Source: Eledone cirrhosa (lineage: Eukaryota). From it: a stretch of 64,000 nt of DNA. Each line of letters begins with the position of its first letter. The first letter of the stretch is position 1. The notes under the pieces were generated by a model that worked only from the letters and a program-made list of their open reading frames with translations, had not been told where the DNA came from and searched no databases. Below are positions 1 through 10,489 of this stretch, in pieces. The translations under genes and the position numbers were made by a program. The stretch is from NCBI GenBank assembly GCA_964016885.1, contig OZ024743.1, positions 308,326,001 through 308,390,000 of the forward strand. The letters are read 5' to 3'.

Positions 1-208
1 CTTTTGTTAATCTAGAAAAGGCCTTAGACAGAATACCTTGACCTAATATCTGGTGATCCTTAAGAAACTGAGATGTAGAAGAATGTCTTGTGAGAGCAGT
101 GCAAGCCATGTACAGAGGAGCTGTAAGTAAAGTAAGAGTAGGAAGTGAGTTTAGGGAGAAATTCGAGGTATAAGTAGGAATCTATCAGGGTTGCTATTCA
201 TCATAGTA
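1..208 (+). mobile_element. Decayed RTE-clade LINE reverse-transcriptase fragment
   Basis: Aligns by eye with 27812-28030 (FVxLEKAxDR.P, KVRVG, xQG motifs); contains stops. Confidence 0.8.
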
Positions 209-1572
209 TTATTTTTACCTGGCAGAGCGCCCAAGTTTGGACATGGTGTCGTTTTGTATGTTTACAGTTTTACTTCCAATTGACTGTAAAACTGATGTGA
301 TTTTGCACACCCACGATGCAGGAGAGAGAACGGAGAATAGAAGAGGAGAGGTGAGAGCGTCTATGTTCGGTTAGTGAGAGAGACAGAAAGAAGATAGTTC
401 TGTGGTAGAAGGGGGTGTTTTCTGTATGCATCCAGATTTACTTCCCCCTTGACTGTAAAACTGATCTGATTTTGCACACTCGCAATTTTATTCCCGGAGA
501 GAGAACGAAAAGGTGAAATGAGGTGATAGTGTTTATGGTTGGTTGGTGAGAGAGACAGAAAGAAGGTAGTGTGGTGGTAGCAGGAGTGAGATATGACGAC
601 ACAGAGAGAGGCTGGTTAGAGGGAGAGAAATAGAGAGGAGCTGGAGAGAGAGAGAGAGAGAGAGACATTAGAAAAGGTTGTGTGAGAGAAGGGGCTGGCA
701 AAAAGAGAGAGAAAGCAGAGGATGCGTGAGAGGGGAAAGAAAGAGAGAGAGAGTGAGACAGTAAGTAAATGAAGGGGAGTGTGTTGAGAGTTACGTCGTG
801 ATTAAATGGAAGAAAACCAGACGACATATGAATTATCAAACACTATATTAAATAATACAATAATTTATATATACATACATGCATAAATATACATATGTTT
901 ACAGCTATATTTATATATACACACACACACACACACACATGAAACAATCGTCTTCCATGTAAACACGAAACCTTTTAACGGAATTTCACGAAGTTTAGGT
1001 TTTCATTTTATCTTTACTTCGTTATTTTTTTTATGAATGATTTATTATAAAGTTGTGATGTGATTATGGCGAATACAATGATGTTTTATTGTCATGTTTT
1101 ATTAATTTATTGATTTTTTTTCCAGATATTTTTACCTGGTAGAGCGCCCAAGTTTGGATTTGGTGTCGTTCAGCATGTTTACAGTTTTACTTCCAATGGA
1201 CTGTAAAACTGATCTGATTTTGCAGTGAAATGAGGTGATAGTGTTTATGGTTGGTTGGTGAGAGAGACAAAGGAGGTAGTGTGGTGGTAGCAGGAGTGAG
1301 ATATGACGACACAGAGAGAGAGGCTGGTGAGAGGGACACGAAGGGAGAGAAGTACAGAGGAGCTAGAGAGAGAGAGAGAGAGTTGCAATGAGAGGGATGT
1401 TGAGTGAATAAGAGGTAAGGCAGAGAGAGGGAAAGAAGAATAGATAAAGAGAGAGAGATGAGAAAAGGCTGTGTGAGAGAAGGGGCTGGCAAAAAGAGAG
1501 AGAAAGCAGAGGCTGTGTGAGAGGGGAAAGAAAGAGAGAGAGAGTGAGACAGTAAGTAAATGAAGGGGAGTA
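209..1572. repeat. Two diverged copies of an unclassified purine-rich repeat (~209-790 and ~1126-1572)
   Basis: Both start tatttttacctggYagagcgcccaagtttgga, carry the hairpin cagttttac..gtaaaactg and end gagtgagacagtaagtaaatgaaggggagt. Confidence 0.75.
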
Positions 1573-1656
1573 TCTTTTGCCATAAAAATGATAATCAATT
1601 CAATTAAGAAATATATATATATATATATTATTAGTAGTATTATTATTATTAAAATT

Positions 1657-1922
1657 AAATACCATTTATTCTGCGGCAGAGAGCTTCATCTTCCCAGAAT
1701 CGTAGTACTGGTCGTTATTATATGTGTGTGTTTCTGCGTATATATAGATATGTGGTGTATATACGCATTCACATATTTAGAGGTAATATCACGTGAACAC
1801 AATCACGTGACAAATCACATTATTCTTTCAAAAGGAAAAGTTTGGCGCCATTTTTCTCCAGGGAATAGCACGTCAACAAACGCAAGAGAAAAGAAGAAGC
1901 AAAAGATGAGAAAATGGTAAAT
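1657..1922. promoter_or_regulatory. Candidate, possibly bidirectional, host promoter / first exon
   Basis: TCACGTGA at 1789 and 1803; TTTGGCGCCATTTT (E2F/YY1-like) at 1841; CACGTCA at 1869; ATG|GTAAAT at 1914-1922 (+); ATG|GTATTT at 1665-1657 (-). Motif evidence only. Confidence 0.3.
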
Positions 1923-2335
1923 AATATCCGTTTCCATTTATTAATATATTGTATATATATGTATGTATGTATATAATGAGAATCTAAATTATGTTAATTT
2001 TTAAATCTAACCACCCCACTAAGATTAAAAATGCTATAGTTAGTAATATTGGAAAAAGAATATCAAACCTATCATCTAATAAAAATATCTTTGATGCTAA
2101 CGTCAATTACTATAATAATGCGCTTTCTAAAGCCGGTTATCCTGATAAAATCAAATACAGTAAAGAAACCAATGATAGAAAATCTTACAGTAAAATAATT
2201 AATTATGTTCATTCCAATAACATAAATAAAAGACCTAGATACAAAAATATAATCTGGTATAATGTTCCTTTCTCTATTTCTATTAATAATAATATTCCTA
2301 AATTATTCTTTAGTGCCTTAAATAAATGCTTCCCT

Positions 2336-5300
2336 CCCTCACATATCTATAGTAAAATATTTAACAAACATATAATAACATTTTTCTATTCCACCTCCTC
2401 CAACATCTCCAACATTATCTCTAAACACAACAATAAAATATTAAATACTAAATCACATCCTTCCAACACTGAATGTTATAATAATAGCAGTAGTACTCCC
2501 GGCGTCATTGTTAACTCTAGGCTAGTTTCTGCAAACTCAAATACGACGTCAAACGTAACTTCGTCAAATGTTCTTAATACCAATCTAAATCGGGAAACTA
2601 TTATTCCTATCGTAAATAACTTCTCCAATCCAATTCCTCCTATAGATAATACTAGGTCACTTGTTAATAACTCTGTTAATTTCTCTAATCGCAATTGTAA
2701 TTGCCCTGTTAAAAATAAATGTCCTCTCAACAACCATTGTCTTGAAAAAAACTTAGTTGTTGAAGAATATATGAAACTTAGATGTTGAAGAATATATGAA
2801 AGAACTGCTTGATTCTTCTGACTCCCAAGTACAGATATTTCTAAATCATTTATTAAAGAATGGAAGACACCTGTGATAAAACAACTTGTCACCTCTAAAC
2901 AGTCGACCAAACAAACCAGTGCCAGTAATTCTAATAATCGACAAAAAACTCAGACACTACCATCTAAACTTTCCAACAATACAGAACCTTCCAAAAATAT
3001 ACCCATCTTTCTACCTTATTTCAATATTATTTATTATACATTATATAATACTAGTTACTCAGTCTATATCATTCCTATTTATCACTTTCCTTTCTTCCTC
3101 TTTTCTTTTAATTTTTTAACCTCTAATCTGTACTTTTTCTTCTGTACTGCCCCCCCCCCCCCCCCCTCACATATCTATAGTAAAATATTCAACAAACATA
3201 TAATAACATTTTTCTATTCCACCTCCTCCAACATCTCCAACATTATCTCTAAACACAACAATAAAATATTAAATACTAAATCTCATCCTTCCAACACTGA
3301 ATGTTATAATAATAGCAGTAGTACTCCCGGCGTCATTGTTAACTCTAGGCTAGTTTCTGCAAACTCAAATACGACGTCAAACGTAACTTCGTCAAATGTT
3401 CTTAATACCAATCTAAATCAGGAAACTATTATTCCTATCGTAAATAACTTCTCCAATCCAATTCCTCCTATAGATAATACTAGGTCACTTGTTAATAACT
3501 CTGTTAATTTCTCTAATCGCAATTGTAATTGCCCTGTTAAAAATAAATGTCCTCTCAACAACCATTGTCTTGAAAAAAACTTAGTTGTTGAAGAATATAT
3601 GAAACTTAGATGTTGAAGAATATATGAAAGAACTGCTTGATTCTTCTGACTCCCAAGTACAGATATTTCTAAATCATTTATTAAAGAATGGAAGACACCT
3701 GTGATAAAACAACTTGTCACCTCTAAACAGTCGACCAAACAAACCAGTGCCAGTAATTCTAATAATCGACAAAAAACTCAGACACTACCATCTAAACTTT
3801 CCAACAATACAGAACCTTCCAAAAATATACCCATCTTTCTACCTTATTTCAATATTATTTATTATACATTATATAATACTAGTTACTCAGTCTATATCAT
3901 TCCTATTTATCACTTTCCTTTCTTCCTCTTTTCTTTTAATTTTTTAACCTCTAATCTGTACTTTTTCTTCTGTACTGCCCCCCCCCCCCCTCACATATCT
4001 ATAGTAAAATATTCAACAAACATACAATAACATTTTTCTATTCCACCTCCTCCAACATCTCCAACATTATCTCTAAACACAACAATAAAATATTAAATAC
4101 TAAATCACATCCTTCCAACACTGAATGTTATAATAATAGCAGTAGTACTCCCGGCGCCATTGTTAACTCTAGGCTAGTTTCTGCAAACTCAAATACGACG
4201 TCAAACGTAACTTCGTCAAATGTTCTTAATACCAATCTAAATCAGGAAACTATTATTCCTATCGTAAATAACTTCTCCAATCCAATTCCTCCTATAGATA
4301 ATACTAGGTCACTTGTTAATAACTCTGTTAATTTCTCTAATCGCAATTGTAATTGCCCTGTTAAAAATAAATGTCCTCTCAACAACCATTGTCTTGAAAA
4401 AAACTTAGTTGTTGAAGAATATATGAAACTTAGATGTTGAAGAATATATGAAAGAACTGCTTGATTCTTCTGACTCCCAAGTACAGATATTTCTAAATCA
4501 TTTATTAAAGAATGGAAGACACCTGTGATAAAACAACTTGTCACCTCTAAACAGTCGACCAAACAAACCAGTGCCAGTAATTCTAATAATCGACAAAAAA
4601 CTCAGACACTACCATCTAAACTTTCCAACAATACAGAACCTTCCAAAAATATACCCATCTTTCTACCTTATTTCAATATTATTTATTATACATTATATAA
4701 TACTAGTTACTCAGTCTATATCATTCCTATTTATCACTTTCCTTTCTTCCTCTTTTCTTTTAATTTTTTAACCTCTAATCTGTACTTTTTCTTCTGTACT
4801 GCCCCCCCCCCCCCTCACATATCTATAGTAAAATATTCAACAAACATACAATAACATTTTTCTATTCCACCTCCTCCAACATCTCCAACATTATCTCTAA
4901 ACACAACAATAAAATATTAAATACTAAATCACATCCTTCCAACACTGAATGTTATAATAATAGCAGTAGTACTCCCGGCGTCATTGTTAACTCTAGGCTA
5001 GTTTCTGCAAACTCAAATACGACGTCAAACGTAACTTCGTCAAATGTTCTTAATACCAATCTAAATCAGGAAACTATTATTCCTATCGTAAATAACTTCT
5101 CCAATCCAATTCCTCCTATAGATAATACTAGGTCACTTGTTAATAACTCTGTTAATTTCTCTAATCGCAATTGTAATTGCCCTGTTAAAAATAAATGTCC
5201 TCTCAACAACCATTGTCTTGAAAAAAACTTAGTTGTTGAAGAATATATGAAACTTAGATGTTGAAGAATATATGAAAGAACTGCTTGATTCTTCTGACTC

Positions 5301-6445
5301 CCAAGTACAGATATTTCTAAATCATTTACTTAAAGAATGGAAGACACCTGTGATAAAACAACTTGTCAACTCTAAACAGTCGACCAAACAAACCAGTGCC
5401 AGTAATTCTAATAATCGACAAAAAACTCAGACACTACCATCTAAACTTTCCAACAATACAGAACCTTCCAAAAATATACCCATCTTTCTACCTTATTTCA
5501 ATATTATTTATTATACATTATATAATACTAGTTACTCAGTCTATATCATTCCTATTTATCACTTTCCTTTCTTCCTCTTTTCTTTTAATTTTTTAACCTC
5601 TAATCTGTACTTTTTCTTCTGTACTGCCCCCCCCCCCCCCTCACATATCTATAGTAAAATATTCAACAAACATACAATAACATTTTTCTATTCCACCTCC
5701 TCCAACATCTCCAACATTATCTCTAAACACAACAATAAAATATTAAATACTAAATCACATCCTTCCAACACTGAATGTTATAATAATAGCAGTAGTACTC
5801 CCGGCGTCATTGTTAACTCTAGGCTAGTTTCTGCAAACTCAAATACGACGTCAAACGTAACTTCGTCAAATGTTCTTAATACCAATCTAAATCAGGAAAC
5901 TATTATTCCTATCGTAAATAACTTCTCCAATCCAATTCCTCCTATAGATAATACTAGGTCACTTGTTAATAACTCTGTTAATTTCTCTAATCGCAATTGT
6001 AATTGCCCTGTTAAAAATAAATGTCCTCTCAACAACCATTGTCTTGAAAAAAACTTAGTTGTTGAAGAATATATGAAACTTAGATGTTGAAGAATATATG
6101 AAAGAACTGCTTGATTCTTCTGACTCCCAAGTACAGATATTTCTAAATCATTTACTTAAAGAATGGAAGACACCTGTGATAAAACAACTTGTCAACTCTA
6201 AACAGTCGACCAAACAAACCAGTGCCAGTAATTCTAATAATCGACAAAAAACTCAGACACTACCATCTAAACTTTCCAACAATACAGAACCTTCCAAAAA
6301 TATACCCGTCTTTCTACCTTATTTCAATATTATTTATTATACATTATATAATACTAGTTACTCATTCTATATCATTCCTATTTATCACTTTCCTTTCTTC
6401 CTCTTTTCTTTTAATTTCTAACCTCTAATCTGTACTTTTTCTTCC
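2336..6445 (+). repeat. Tandem array of 5 x ~826-bp units (PLE linker + captured fragment + PLE 3' UTR + poly-C junction)
   Basis: ctcacatatctatagtaaaat recurs at ~2338, 3166, 3990, 4814 and 5640; matching ORFs recur at 824-828 bp spacing. Confidence 0.97.
5251..5469 (+). pseudogene. Captured host-gene-like fragment resembling the TRIP4/ASC-1 N-terminal helical region (one per repeat unit; frame intact in units 4 and 5)
   Basis: DVEEYMKELLDSSDSQVQIFLNHLLKEWK aligns ungapped with my recollection of human TRIP4 EIREYVTDLLQGNEGKKGQFIEELITKWQ; segment absent from the related PLE at 57-59 kb. Not database-verified. Confidence 0.55.
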
Positions 6446-7128
6446 TAACTACTTCTCAATTTTTATTATTACTCACCACAACAGATCCACTCTTCCATCT
6501 TTCTTCATATCATTGGCCATAAAAATTATTATTACCTTTTAAATACTTTATATACCTTTAAAAATCCTTCGTAAACATAAACATTTTTTTGACGTTAGGT
6601 TATTCCTCCTCAGTTCATTATATTTTTCTCCCTTTCATGCTCGTCTGACTTTTACATATCACACATCACAATACATAAAAACAAACTTAAACCCTAACTA
6701 ATCTCCTTTATTACATTATATTATTACCATTAGAAAATACTTCATAAATATATATATTTTGATGTTAGAGTCTTCTCTTCCTTAAACACTATTTTCTTCT
6801 TTGCTTTCTGCGCTCATTTGTAAATGAACAATAATAATTCTTAGGGGTATAAAAACCCTAGAAAATGCTATTTTCATCATTTCTAAAAATAGCAAAACAA
6901 TTGATGCTTTGAATAGGGCCAAATAGAAGTCGTTAGACATGCCCAACCAACCGTGATGCCTAAACCAATCAGCTTCAGTAATCCAGTGAAACTACACACC
7001 GATTGGTCGAAATACAGTTTGCAAAATTTAGCATTTTGTAGCCGCTTTTCACTGTATATAAGGCACAAAATTTACCCATCTCATTAAAGTTTTTACAAAA
7101 TTGTAAACTTGACTGTCACCACAGAATA

Positions 7129-7167
7129 TGAACCTGAAGATTGCGAAAGCATGAAATTATTTGTTCA
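7129..7167 (+). ncRNA. Minimal type I hammerhead ribozyme
   Basis: tgaac-CTGAAGA-t.tgc(gaaa)gca.t-GAAA-ttat-TT-gttca; lies downstream of CCAAT (6965) and TATATAA (7055), upstream of AATAAA (7239). Confidence 0.7.
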
Positions 7168-8239
7168 ATTAACACTTAACACTTAATATTCTACCATACT
7201 ATTTCATTCTAATACCATTATAATTTTAAAGGATTGTAAATAAAACGAGTAAATCAGACAAAGTTGGAATTCCTTTTATTAATATAATCTTCTATACACA
7301 ATCATACACACCCGTGTATATTTATTTATATATATATGTATATATATATATAGCTTTTAAGCTATTTTGTAGTATCTCTGTTCAGGAACACACCACTTAT
7401 ATTAAATTTATCTCCCTGGAGCTTTGTAAAAGTCTGAGAGATTGGCTACATATATGTTTTATATATATTTTTTTTTTTGTTTAGATGGAAGACAAAACAA
7501 CGAAGATGAATACAAAGATGAAGAAGAGAAAGATAAAGATGAAGAACCTCACTGCACCACACCACATAAAAACATACAACACTACACCACACTACTCCAC
7601 ACCACATAACACCACAACACAACACACCACTCCTCACTACTCCACTCCACATAAAAACACACCTCACTAAATCACACCACATAAAAACACACCACATAAC
7701 ACCACAACACAACACACCACACTACATCACACCACACTACATCACACCACATAAAAACACACCACACAACTCCACTCCACATAAAAACACACCACACTAC
7801 TCCATACCACATAACACCCAACATTTTTTCCTCATCTTTTTTTCATGTGTTATCAACTAATCTGATCTCCAAGATGTTTGTTATTGACTCTCTCTTCATG
7901 GAAAACTTAGGTGGATGCACTTCTCTCATTTAACCCCAGAGTTTTCTCTAAGATTTTTCGTATGTTATCAACGAATATGACCTCCAAACCAGTTGGAAAT
8001 GATTAGTTGTTCTAGAAAAAAGGAGGGGTAAAGCGGGTGGAAAAACCATTGTCGTTTTGTAGATATATACCCTAATGATTTTCTTCGGTCTCCTTTTGAG
8101 TGCTATCAACTAATCTGACCTTTTAGTTGCTCTGAATCAATTTTTTTTTCATGGGATTTGGAAACTAAAACTAAATTAAACATAAATTAAATCTAGCCCC
8201 AACCCTAAACTCTAAATCTAAACCAAACCAATCTAAATA

Positions 8240-8482
8240 TAAACATTACCCCAACCCTTAAACTAAACCCTAAACTATACCCCAACCATAAAACTAAACC
8301 CTAAACATTACCCCAAACCTAAAACTAAACCCTAAACTTTACCCCAAACCTAAAACTAAACCCTAAACTTTACCCCAGCCCTAAAACTAAATCCTAAACT
8401 TTACCCCAACCCTAAAACTAGACCCTAAACATTACCCCAACCCTAAAACTAAACGCTAAACTTTACCCCAACCCTAAACCCA
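8240..8482. repeat. ~30-bp minisatellite containing AACCCTAAA (telomere-like)
   Basis: About 8 copies of aaactaaaccctaaactttaccccaaacct-like units. Confidence 0.85.
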
Positions 8483-8531
8483 ACCCAGGGAAATAAGTTG
8501 ATTGGAAGCATCTAGGAGGTCAGATTAATTA

Positions 8532-8598
8532 ATAGCACAGGAAATAGCACAGGAAATAGCATAGGAAATAGCATAGGAAATAGCATAGGAAATAGCAG
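8532..8598. repeat. 12-bp minisatellite (atagcaNaggaa)n
   Basis: Direct tandem copies. Confidence 0.85.
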
Positions 8599-10489
8599 AG
8601 GAAATAGCACAGGAAATATACCGAAAGTGATTAAGTCCCACAACATGTGAGTGGGGTGTAGATCTGCAAAACTCTTCCCCCTCTCCCTCTCCTCTTTCTC
8701 CAAAGCTAGTTGTTTTTTACTGGTTTGGAAGTCATATTCACTGATAACGCATGAAAATAGAATCTAAGAAAAAATTCCGAGTAAGCAAGGGTTATCCGGG
8801 TGAAGGGAAAAACCACCTCACCCCGCCGTTTTCCTGGGGGGAAAAACTCAGTTTCAAGCATCTTGGAGATTGGATTAGTTGAGAGCACATGAAAAATAGG
8901 ATGAAAAAATTTCACATTACATCACACTACATCAAATCACTCCGCACGCCATCACATTATACCACGTCTCGTCTCGCCTCGCCTCATTTCATCACGCCAC
9001 GCCACATTTCATCACATCACATCACATTTCACCATGGCACGCCACATCACATCACATGCCATCACACCACATGCTACCAAACTACACCCCACCACACTCC
9101 ACTACACCATATCCCCCACCCTACATTGAACCACACTCCACTCCACCACACTCCACTACACCACACCACTACACTAAACCACACTCCACTACACTACACC
9201 ACACCACTGTCCACTACACTAAACCACACCACACCACTGTCTATACGACTGTTTTCTATTTCGTAGGTATCTCCAGTTACAGTAAGAGAAATAAAGTTAT
9301 TTCAAAGGATCTGAGTAAGTAAACACTTCATTGACCATCATTTTAAGCAGAATCTCAGTGTAGTTTTAAATTGACCTTTTCATATGATTACACCTCAGTC
9401 TTAACTTAATCACCTGTAGATGGATGCTACATGTAATGTTAAAATTAGTTAAACACTGTTTCCCCCTTCTCATCACATGTGGATGCTACATGTGTATTGT
9501 TAACATTAATCTAACGTTGTGACCCCCCCCCCCCCCCTCCGTCTCACCATATCATACCACACCACATCACACCATGTTGTACCACACCAGACTACATAAC
9601 ACCATGCTATACCATATATATATATATATATATGAGCTCCCCACTCGTTATATTAACTGTATCTCCTCGGTGTTTCGTGAAAGTCTGAGAGATCAGCTAT
9701 ATATTTGTTTACAATTTTTTTTTATATTTAGATGGAAAAGAAGAAAAAGACGACGAAGCAGACGACTAAAATGAAAATGACAACAAAGACAAAGAAGACA
9801 CGGGGAAACGAAGATGACGAAAAGAAGAAGAAAGTATGATCTCAGTTCAGTCTAAACCTAATGATTTATAGATATGATCTTAGTTCAGTCTTAACCTAAT
9901 GACCTGTAGATACGATCTATTTAGGTTTAACTTAAACATTCAAAGATATTTGTATATACTTTTGTTGATGTTTGACATTGTTTTTTAGTTATGAAATAGC
10001 TTATAAGCTATATTATAGGATCACAGTGCATGAGCACACTGCTCTTTAAATTAACTTTATCTCCTCAGCACTTTGTAAAGTCTGAGAGATAGGCAACATA
10101 TGTTTTACATTCTTTGTTTTTGGTATTTAGATGGCAGAGAAGAAGATAAAGGCACAGAAGAAGTCAAAGGCACAGAAGCAGAGGCACAGAAGAAGACAAA
10201 GAAAATGAACAAGAAGAACAATTATTATTACTATTATTATTGTTATTATTATTTGTATTATTATAATCAAAATAAGCCACACTACATCAACCTATACCAT
10301 ACCACACCACATTGACAAACATTATACCATACCACATTATCCAACAACACACTACGAAACACTGTACGACCTCACACCATGCTATGAAACAATATACCAT
10401 ACTACACTATACAACAATAGACAACACCACACAAGACTATGAAACACTATACTTTACCACACTATATGAGACCACTCAAGTTAGAGAGG

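Larger units (their letters stand above)
1974..7300 (+). mobile_element. Rearranged 5'-truncated Penelope-like element: RT thumb/linker, GIY-YIG replaced, internal tandem amplification, pLTR-like 3' end with HHR
   Basis: 1974-2755 is collinear with 57372-58141 (SNHPTxIKNAIVSNIGKRISNLSS..CNCPxKNKCPLNNHCL); 2993 onward matches the 3' UTR at 58574 onward. Confidence 0.9.
7836..8910. mobile_element. Foldback/MITE-like element with nested inverted repeats and a telomere-like core
   Basis: IR pairs ~7838-7880/8855-8898, ~7945-7995/8719-8768, ~8100-8125/8512-8540, 8135-8155/8484-8503. Confidence 0.6.
7395..10220 (+). repeat. Three dispersed copies of a module ending in a 3' splice-site-like tttag|ATGG plus GAA-rich tract (~7395-7550, 9640-9835, 10040-10220)
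   Basis: Shared tatctcc..aaagtctgagagat..(T)n..tttagatgg. Confidence 0.7.

Noticed and set aside
209-240. ttacctggcag resembling the U1 snRNA 5' end
   Set aside because: Nothing downstream resembles U1; it is part of a duplicated repeat.
8240-8482. True or interstitial telomere
   Set aside because: It is a degenerate ~30-bp unit enclosed by element IRs, not a (TTAGGG)n array.
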